The position numbers and the translations under genes are program-made. The notes beneath the pieces are model-generated. The model searched no databases. It saw only the letters and a program-made list of their open reading frames with translations, and was not told where the DNA came from. From positions 26,090-90,089 of the forward strand of contig JAXGYC010000015.1 in NCBI GenBank assembly GCA_040772485.1: a DNA stretch of 64,000 bases, written 5' to 3'. This stretch comes from Sedimentisphaerales bacterium (GTDB lineage Bacteria > Planctomycetota > Phycisphaerae > Sedimentisphaerales > Anaerobacaceae). Positions 8,574 through 16,900 of this stretch are shown one piece after another; position 1 is the stretch's first letter; each line of letters opens with the position of its first letter.

Positions 8574-11500
8574 GTGTTCACAGAGAAAGCACAAGCGATC
8601 GTTTCCATGGCCAAAGATCGGGCCTACACGCTCGGACGGAATTGCATAGACGTCGAGAGCCTGCTGGCGGCCATCGCCTCCGACCGCCAGGCGTGTGTGC
8701 GGCTGGCGGAGTGCCTGACCGCCGGCAACGTCGCCGATCTGCGGCGGCGCTGCCCGCAGTTCGAGTCGCCGGGGTCGTGTCCGGGCACGATGCCGCCCGA
8801 TGAAGCGGTGCGTTTGCTCCTCGACAAGGCTTGCGAACTGGCGGGCGGGGAGGGAGTCCCCGACCGGACGCATCCGGGACTGGTGGGGTTGCCTCACCTG
8901 ATCTGTGCGGCCGCGATGTCGGTCGAGGTGGCAAGTCTGCTCGGCGATCCGATCGCGCCCATCGGCTCCAAACAGGCGATGAGTCTGCTGGCCCGCTGGG
9001 TGATGGACAGCGATACGAGCCTGTCGCTGGGCGAGCTGACCGGCCAGCTTCGCGGGCTGCGGGCGGCCCTTCTGGCGAGAGTATTCGGACAGGATCACGC
9101 GGTCCATGCCCTGGTCGAAGGGCTCTACAATGCGCAGGTGACCGCGGGCGCCGACCACGATCGCCGGCAGCCAATCGCCACGTTCGTCTTTGCCGGACCT
9201 CCCGGGGTCGGCAAGACCCACATGGCCGAACTGTGCGCCGCGCATCTGAAGCGTCCCTTCAAGCGATTCGACATGACCGCCTATAGCGACCACCAGGCCG
9301 ACAACCAGCTCGTCGGTTTTGCGCCGTCCTTTCAGGCCGCCAAGCCCGGCCTCCTGACGGGATTCGTCAAGCAGAATCCCAACGCCATCCTGCTGTTCGA
9401 CGAGATCGAGAAGGCGCATCTGAATACGATGCAACTGTTCTATCAGATCCTCGACGCCGGCCGACTGCACGACAAATTCGACGACGAGGACGTGTGCTTC
9501 CGCGACACGATCATCATCTTCACGACGAACGCCGGGCGGAGCCTCTACGAGAATCCCAACGCCAGCGGGATCTCCGCGGTCAACGCCGACTATCACAAGC
9601 GCACGATCCTCAGCGCGCTGGCGAACGAGAAAAATCCCACGACCGGCCAGCCGGCCTTTCCGCCGGCCATTTGCAGCCGGCTCGGGCAGGGCTATCCGCT
9701 GATGTTCAATCATTTGGGCATCAACGAGCTGGAACGCATCGCCGAGACGGAAATGACGCACACCGAGGCCCTGCTCGAACGGCAGTACTTCAAGACGTTT
9801 CGACACGATCCGATCCTGCCGATCCTGCTCGTGCTGCGATGCGGCGCGAGCATCGACGCCCGGCAGTTGCGCAGCGAGGTGGAGCGATTCGTCAAATCGG
9901 AACTGTTCAAGTTCTGTAGCCTCTACGAGTCGCAGCGCGTCGAAAAAGTGCTCGAGCAGATCGACGAGGTGCTCTTCACTGTCGATCCGGCCGAGATTCG
10001 GAATCACCCTGCGACGCAGAAACTCCTGTTCAATCCGGACAAATCGACTGTGCTCCTGGTGGCGGATGAGGCCTTCGCCTCGCGTTGTCGGGCGGCCCAT
10101 CCGGAGTTCGAGTGGATCGCGGCCGCGACGAAGGAAGAAGTGGTCAGTCAACTGGCTGCCCATGAAGTCAACATGATCCTGCTGGACTTGTGGGTCTCGA
10201 CGGGACACGATCGGGCCGGCGTAGGGGCGAATGATTACTCGCCCCTACCGAGCGCGGGCCGGATCGATCATCTCCCCTTGTCGGCCAGGGCCTTCGACAA
10301 CGGCCGGACGATCCTCCAGACGATTCGCAAGCGTTTCTCCGACGTCCCCGTCTACCTGCTGTCGTTCCAGACGCAACAGGCCGACGGCGCGACAAAGACC
10401 GTTTGCGTGGATGATCGGTACGACGCCACTGAGCGCCCCCACGACACGAAAAGGCCCCGGCCGATCGACGAAGAGCTGTTTCTCGCCTGCGTCCGAGCCG
10501 GCGGCGCCCGAGGGATGATCGCCACCGAGTACGACCGATCCTCAAAAACCGACCCCGGCGCGCCGGGATTCGCGGCGGCCCTTCAGGGGATTCTGCTTCG
10601 CCTGTTCCGCGAGAAGGTGGCCGCCGATCTCGCGCGGCAGCGCCAGTGCCTGGAGTTCGACACGGTCGCCCGCCTGAACGAGTCGGTTCGTCACCTGGGG
10701 ATCTCAACTCGCGGATTCCGGCTTCAGCGTGTCATCGAGGCCGAAGACGTGGTCGGCCTGGTCAGCGACGTGGAACGTCCTTCCACCCGCTTCGACGAAG
10801 TCTTCGGCGCGACCGCCGCGAAGAAATCGCTGGGCTTCGTGGTCGACTGGCTGAAGAACCGCAAGCGTTACGCGGGACTGGGGCTGCGCCCGCCCAAGGG
10901 CATTCTCCTGAGCGGCCCGCCCGGAACCGGCAAGACCATGCTCGCCCGGGCGGTCGCCGGAGAGTCGAATTGTGCGTTCATGGAGGAATCCGGCGGCAAC
11001 TTCATCACCAAGTGGCAAGGCAGCGGTCCGGAAAACGTGCGGAAGCTGTTCCAGCGGGCACGCAAGTACGCGCCCGCGATCGTATTCATCGACGAGATCG
11101 ACGCGGTGGGCAAGACGCGCAGCGGCGCAACCACCAGCGAGTCCCGCGAGACAACGCTCAACACCCTCCTGACGGAAATGGACGGGTTCGGGGCGACGGC
11201 GGACGCCCCGGTGATCGTGCTGGCGGCGACGAACCTGGCCGAGAAGCTCGACCCGGCGCTGAAGCGGCGTTTCGACCGCGAGATCAGGGTCGACGAGCCG
11301 GACCGGTCCGCTCGCCTGGCGTACCTGCAACAGGCGATCGGAAAGCTCTCGAAATCCGAGGTCGGCGCCGAGACTCTCGAAGCGATCGCCAACCAGAGCG
11401 TATACATGACCATCGCCGACCTGGCCCGCGTCGTCCAGGAAGCCGGCGTGATGGCGGCGCTGGCCGGATCGACCATCACCGACAGCATCCTGCTCGAGGC

Positions 11501-12146
11501 GTTCGAGAAGCAGCGCATGGGCGAAGCCCTGCCCTGCACGAACCAGGCAAAGCTGCTCCGCATCGCCCGCCACGAGGCGGGACACACGCTGGTGGCGTGG
11601 AAGAGCGGCACGCCGGTCCATCAGGTCACGATCGTCGGCCGCGGCGGGGCCGGCGGTTACATGGAACGCAAACACGACGACGACCGCGACCTGCAAACCA
11701 AGGAAGATCTGCTTCGTGATATTCGCATCTCCATGGCGGGTCGCGCGGCGGAACTGGTCTGCTATGGCCCGGACGCGGGTCTGAGCATCGGCGTCGGCGC
11801 GCCCCGAGCCATCGGCGGTGGAGGCGGCGACTTGCCCAACGCATCGCAGAAGGCGATCCAGATGGTTCGCGTCTACGGCATGGACGAGGAGATCGGACAA
11901 TTGGCGCTCGATGAGCTCTTCGTCGAAAACAGCCAGCGCCCGCTCGCCGAACAGACCCTTATGCTGGCCGAGAGGATCGTGTCGGAACAACTGGACGTCG
12001 CCAGGAAGCTCATCGAGACCCATCGCGACGAATTCGATCGCCTGGTCGATGCGCTGGTCAAACACAACCGGCTGGATGAGGCCCAACTGAACGAGCTGCT
12101 CGGCGAACAGCTCCCGCTCGTCTCTGAGGTCTCTTCAGTCCCTTAG
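8574..12146 (+). CDS. Soluble multidomain AAA+ protease: Clp-N + ClpA/B D2-type AAA + receiver-like domain + FtsH-type AAA + peptidase M41
   Basis: GTG start after GAGGTG. VFGQDHAV, GPPGVGKT, LLFDEIEKAH, LDAGRL, IIIFTTNAG (Clp D2); VLLVAD...ILLDL...PVYLLS (REC-like); GPPGTGKTMLARAVAGE, IVFIDEIDAVG, LLTEMDGF, VLAATN...LDPALKRRFDR (FtsH AAA); HEAGH Zn motif. No TM helices. Confidence 0.9.
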   Translation: MFTEKAQAIVSMAKDRAYTLGRNCIDVESLLAAIASDRQACVRLAECLTAGNVADLRRRCPQFESPGSCPGTMPPDEAVRLLLDKACELAGGEGVPDRTHPGLVGLPHLICAAAMSVEVASLLGDPIAPIGSKQAMSLLARWVMDSDTSLSLGELTGQLRGLRAALLARVFGQDHAVHALVEGLYNAQVTAGADHDRRQPIATFVFAGPPGVGKTHMAELCAAHLKRPFKRFDMTAYSDHQADNQLVGFAPSFQAAKPGLLTGFVKQNPNAILLFDEIEKAHLNTMQLFYQILDAGRLHDKFDDEDVCFRDTIIIFTTNAGRSLYENPNASGISAVNADYHKRTILSALANEKNPTTGQPAFPPAICSRLGQGYPLMFNHLGINELERIAETEMTHTEALLERQYFKTFRHDPILPILLVLRCGASIDARQLRSEVERFVKSELFKFCSLYESQRVEKVLEQIDEVLFTVDPAEIRNHPATQKLLFNPDKSTVLLVADEAFASRCRAAHPEFEWIAAATKEEVVSQLAAHEVNMILLDLWVSTGHDRAGVGANDYSPLPSAGRIDHLPLSARAFDNGRTILQTIRKRFSDVPVYLLSFQTQQADGATKTVCVDDRYDATERPHDTKRPRPIDEELFLACVRAGGARGMIATEYDRSSKTDPGAPGFAAALQGILLRLFREKVAADLARQRQCLEFDTVARLNESVRHLGISTRGFRLQRVIEAEDVVGLVSDVERPSTRFDEVFGATAAKKSLGFVVDWLKNRKRYAGLGLRPPKGILLSGPPGTGKTMLARAVAGESNCAFMEESGGNFITKWQGSGPENVRKLFQRARKYAPAIVFIDEIDAVGKTRSGATTSESRETTLNTLLTEMDGFGATADAPVIVLAATNLAEKLDPALKRRFDREIRVDEPDRSARLAYLQQAIGKLSKSEVGAETLEAIANQSVYMTIADLARVVQEAGVMAALAGSTITDSILLEAFEKQRMGEALPCTNQAKLLRIARHEAGHTLVAWKSGTPVHQVTIVGRGGAGGYMERKHDDDRDLQTKEDLLRDIRISMAGRAAELVCYGPDAGLSIGVGAPRAIGGGGGDLPNASQKAIQMVRVYGMDEEIGQLALDELFVENSQRPLAEQTLMLAERIVSEQLDVARKLIETHRDEFDRLVDALVKHNRLDEAQLNELLGEQLPLVSEVSSVP
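10221..10248. repeat. REP family A copy (in frame in AAA protease)
   Basis: gtaggggcgaatgattactcgcccctac = VGANDYSPL. Confidence 0.9.
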
Positions 12147-12165
12147 GTCCTTCAAAACCCAAGGG

Positions 12166-12343
12166 CGGGTGGCAGCCTCAAACGCGCCAGCGTTTGGGGA
12201 TGGTGGAACGCGAAGGAAGTCCCGCGACGCCCGTACGGCCCACGCAGGGGCGAATGATTATTCGCCCGTACTCCGCCATCCCTAAGGCTTCGCTGCGTTG
12301 CGCTCCGTTCGGCTTTGCTCAGGACAAGCTTTGAGGCTGCCAC
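12166..12343. repeat. Composite inverted-repeat element (GGGTGGCAGCCTCAA arms) enclosing other repeat units
   Basis: Arms cgggtggcagcctcaaa / tttgaggctgccac; inner gggatgg/ccatccc; holds a REP-A copy and a ttcggctttgctcaggacaagctt unit. Confidence 0.8.
12244..12271. repeat. REP family A copy
   Basis: gcaggggcgaatgattattcgcccgtac inside the composite element 12166..12343. Confidence 0.85.
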
Positions 12344-12362
12344 GCGGCGGATCCGGCAATTC

Positions 12363-12391
12363 TTGTGCTCTGCGCCGACTCATGCTATCTT
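12363..12391 (+). promoter_or_regulatory. Possible sigma70 promoter for the lipoprotein/DUF748 pair
   Basis: TTGTGC-N17-TATCTT with extended -10 TG. Confidence 0.4.
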
Positions 12392-12455
12392 ATGGAAAAG
12401 ACATGGCGGGCGCCCGCCGTGGCAACGACCATGGGGATGCAGATCTGAGACAAAC

Positions 12456-13958
12456 ATGGAACGACAGTGGAGTTGCCGGCACAGGAATTCAACTGGTCCG
12501 TATCGAGTTGCCCTCGTCTTGATGAGTTGGATGACAGCCTTGTCTGCGGGTTGCCGTCCCGGCCTCAAGACGGCTCACCCTCTGCCCGGCTCCGAGTTGC
12601 AGTATGGCGTCGGCTACGCCACAGGCTTATCGCCGGCCGATCCCGGCGCGCCGGGACGCATCGAAGATTCCCTTGGTATCAACGTGACCATTGCGGCCAT
12701 CACCCAGTGGCATGAGAACACCCTGAGACCCGTAGCCTCACAGACGCAAATGATCACGGTGCTCCCGGCGAGCACGGCGGTGGCGGCTGTGCCGCGTCTG
12801 ATGAGAAGAGCCAGCGTGGGCGTGATTCAAAGCAGAGCACAGTTCTGGAGCCAGATCGCCGTCAAAGGCTCCGAAGCGCCGCTGTTCGTGGAAAAGCTGC
12901 ACGGCATTCTGCCCGATGGGATCGGCGCCGTCATTCGCATCGCGGAGAAGCCGACGTCGGATTCCGGCGCCATCCGTACGCTCGAGATCCACGTGCGCCG
13001 CAGATCCGCCACGGGCGGACCGGAACCGAACGTGCCGGCGATCCGCCTGCGGCGGATTTCGCTGGAGGTTTCGCTTGTGGCGACGGGACATCTGAAGCAG
13101 ACGGCCGGCCCCGAGGCCGACGATTCGGAGAAGCCCCAAGGGCCGTCCGGGCCCGGCGGAACGGGCATGCTGACGACCGAGACGATCGCGCTGGCGCCAC
13201 AGGACATGCAGGAGCAGGATCGCCTGGCGTTCGTGCTGCCGTCTCCATTCGACGTGGACGGACTCGTGGGATTCGCGGCGCTGATCGAAGTGCAGCCGCC
13301 CCCGCCGGAAGGAACGGCCGAAGCAGCCACCTATGCAGCGAGCTGGAAGCAGTGTCGAGACAAACTGCTGGCAGCGGCGGGAACGGGCGACGACCGACCG
13401 CCGTTCGACGCTGGCAGACGAGGCATCGAAGACGCCCTGCGACTGCTCGCGTCGCCCACACACAGGCAGCGGGCACTGGTGTACCTGGCACAAGAGACCG
13501 GAGCGCCGCTGTTCGCCGACGTGACGCTGTCGGCGACAGACGCCGTCGTGGACCGTCTCGCGAACGCGGTCACGAACGAGTGGTCGGGTTCCACCTTTGA
13601 AACAGCCACCCTGGGATGGCGGCTGGAGCGGACCGCGTATCAACTGCTCATCAAGCTGCTGAGCGCCGACCAGACGTCGCCCGACCTGGAGGCGGTCGTG
13701 ATCCGCCACGCCGGCGAGGTGGGTCGTCATCCTTCCGTTCTGCAGGAGATGGTCTCGGAGGCGACGAGTATCGAGGACCTGAGGCAGCGGTTGCTCCTGG
13801 AGAACTTCATCTATCTGGAGGACATTTCGCCAGCCGCCCGGACACGGGCCTTTGAATGGCTGGCGGCCAGAGACCAGGCGCCTCAGGGCTATGATCCCCT
13901 CGCCTCACTCAAGGAAAGGCGCAACGTACTGAACCGGATTCTCCAGGAACAACCGTAG
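12456..13958 (+). CDS. Putative lipoprotein, function unknown
   Basis: In frame with track ORF 12315..13958. ATG 12456 gives a hydrophobic signal ending in the lipobox-like LSAG-C; 18 nt upstream of the DUF748-like gene. Confidence 0.6.
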   Translation: MERQWSCRHRNSTGPYRVALVLMSWMTALSAGCRPGLKTAHPLPGSELQYGVGYATGLSPADPGAPGRIEDSLGINVTIAAITQWHENTLRPVASQTQMITVLPASTAVAAVPRLMRRASVGVIQSRAQFWSQIAVKGSEAPLFVEKLHGILPDGIGAVIRIAEKPTSDSGAIRTLEIHVRRRSATGGPEPNVPAIRLRRISLEVSLVATGHLKQTAGPEADDSEKPQGPSGPGGTGMLTTETIALAPQDMQEQDRLAFVLPSPFDVDGLVGFAALIEVQPPPPEGTAEAATYAASWKQCRDKLLAAAGTGDDRPPFDAGRRGIEDALRLLASPTHRQRALVYLAQETGAPLFADVTLSATDAVVDRLANAVTNEWSGSTFETATLGWRLERTAYQLLIKLLSADQTSPDLEAVVIRHAGEVGRHPSVLQEMVSEATSIEDLRQRLLLENFIYLEDISPAARTRAFEWLAARDQAPQGYDPLASLKERRNVLNRILQEQP

Positions 13959-13975
13959 AATCACAGGAGCATCCC

Positions 13976-16900
13976 GTGCGGCACAAAGACAGAAAACGCA
14001 AGTCATTCTCGGACCATCCAGACAAGCGGCAGGCCGCGGTAGGGGCGGATAATTATTCGCCCGTAGCCGCCCCCGCCACAGGCGGATCGGAAACGGATCA
14101 GCCCGCCGGCGGACCACCCCAGCAGCGGATCGAACAAGAGGCGGGCCACCATCACCGTTGGCTCCGGCGTCTGTTCTGGGCCGGTGTAATCCTGGCCGCC
14201 GTGATTGTGGTCCTGCGGATTGCGCTGTGGTTGTCTCTGCCGTGGATCATCGACAAGACGATGGAGCAGTACGGCCTGAACGCGCGATACGAACGATTGA
14301 ATCTCTCCCTGCTCACCGGAGACGCAGAACTGTGGCATCTGGTTCTCGTGCCGACCGACGCCAACACGCCATTTGCGGATGTTGAGTACTGCCGGGCGGC
14401 GGTCTCTCTGGTGACGTTGTTTACACGTCGGCTCATCGTCCGCCGCGTCGAGATCGACGGAATGGATGTCAATCTGACCCGGGCCCAGGATGGGACGTTT
14501 CCCCAACTGCGAACCCTGCTGACCGTCCTGCGTCAGCGCAGCAAGGCGGCACAGCCGACCGATACCGCGGCGGCCCCGACCGCGGCGTCGCCGGGGCAGA
14601 TCGATCTGACGCCGCCGCTCCAGATGGATGCGCTGAGACTTCAGCACGTGCAGTTGCAGTTTCGAGACGAGACTGTGGAGCCGGTCTTTGAGACGCAGTT
14701 GGATCTGAACGTGCGTCTTTCCGACCTCCGATCCGACAAACGCAAGACACGGTTCCAGATCCTCCTGTCGTCTCCTCCCGTGCTGGACCAGCTTCAGATC
14801 GACGGGACCGGCTCGGCCGAAGGGCGCGACCTCCTGGCGGAAGTCCACGTCGCCCTCCAGGGTCTGCATCCCGACGCGGTGAAGGATTACCTGGCCGATC
14901 TGGGACTCGTTCCCGATGCGCGCAATCTGGCGCTGTCCTGCAGCGGATCCGTCCGCGTCCAGGGGATCGAGGTGATGGACGTCAACGATGCAGGCCCGGT
15001 GATCGACGAGACACTTTCGCCGAACGAGATCGCGACGGCCCCTTCGTCTGCCACACTCCAGGTTCAGCTCGAATCGAAGAACACGACCGTGACGATCGAC
15101 GGCGCGGAGCATTTCGTTCTGGAGCACGCGGCGGTCGACGCGAACGTCGCGGACTCGGGCGCCATTCGGGCGGGACGGATACAGATCCGTGGGGGCGCGT
15201 TCCACGCCTGGAGGAGGCCGGCCGGCGCGCTTTCGGTCGGCGGTTTCCAGTTCACCCGGCGCCCGCGGCCGGAGCCGACGAGTGGCCCGAGTGACCAGCG
15301 ACCAGCGACGCCTGCCCCGAGCGAAGTCGAGGGGAGCGACGGCTTTGCGTGGTCCCTCGACAGCGTGGAGGTGCGGGACGTGCGATTGCTGCTGCACGAT
15401 CAGTCGGTGTCACCACAGGCTGATCTGGCGCTGGACCTCAACGACGTGACGGTCCGCAGCGCCGCCTCCGATCAGGAAGGATTGACGCTGACCGCTCGTT
15501 TGGGGGCGCCGGGCGTCGTCGAGAGCCTCCAGACCCAGGGGACCGTGGTTCTGTCGTCTTCCCAAGGCAGCGCAGCGCTCAAGATCTCTGGCACGGGAAT
15601 CCGCCCGGACGCCTTGCAGCCGTATCTCGAAGGGCTCGGCCTGGAGTCTCTCTACACCGGCGGGACATTCTCGTGTGACGTGAACGCGACGTTCACCAAT
15701 CAGCCGAATGAACCCATCGGGGCGTCCGGGGCCATCACGAATATCCACTTGCAGGACACCGAAGAGCTGTTCGGCCTCAAGACCATCGGCGTTCAAGGGG
15801 CCAGGATCGACCCGGTTACCGGGGCAACGCACATCGATCAGGTTGAGATCTCCGGACAGCGTCTGGCGGTCGCGCGGGACGGAGAAGGCTGCTTGGCCAC
15901 TCTGGGCTTTCGCCTCGTCGGCCGCACGTCCGAGCCAGCGCCGCACCAAGCCGAGAGCATGGAGGCAGTCCAAGAGACCCGGACCCCATCGACTCTCGGC
16001 GCACATCGGACGAAGACCGCCACGATTGAGATCGGGCGGTTGAGCTGGCACGACAATGAACTGACTTTTGTGGATCGCATGGTCACGCCCGCCAAGACGA
16101 TCGCGGTGCCGGACCTTGGCTTTGAACTGACGAACCTTGTCCTGGGAGGTGATCCCAACGCTGCATCGCCGGCATCGGTGAAGGCATGGCTGCGCAGTCC
16201 GGGAACCATCGAGACCGTCCAGTTGAGCGGCTCGGTTGCGCCCGAGCCGGCCGGGCTGTCCTTCGACCTGGACCTGCGTGGCGAAGGTCTGGCTCTGGTG
16301 GCGATGGCGCCTTACCTTGCGGCTCTTGGGACCGAGTCTGTCATGACAGAAGGCAGTGTGGCCGCCCGGACGAAGGGACGCATCACATGGGGAATCGACG
16401 GGCTCCATTGCTCGGCGACGATCCGCGATGCGGCTGTCAGGGACGGCGCCGCCGAGTTGGCAGGACTTGACCAGATCGAGATCGCACAGCTCCATCTGGC
16501 CGCCACAGGTTTCCAGGTGGAGCGCATCATGCTCGAGCGTCCACGGCTGATGCTGTCGCGCGACGAATCCGGCGTATTTGCCTGCGCGGGCCTGCGTATC
16601 GTCCCGGGGCAGAAGACCGAGACAGAGGCCTCGCCAGAGCCGGTCCGGCCCGTGCGTGTGGGTCGGCTGGAAATGAAAGGCGCCCAGATTCAGTGGTCCG
16701 ATCACGCCGTGACGCCGGCGGTATCCCAGTCTGTGGGGATCGACCTCGCCCTGAGCGAGCTTGCCCTCGGAGTTGAATCGCCTCCGACGACGATCAGCGC
16801 AACCGTCAGGGCCCCCGGCATCGCGCAGCAGGCCACCGTGACCGGACAGCTTCAGATAACGCCGTCAAAACAGGGAGCCGACCTGACGCTGGACGCGGCA

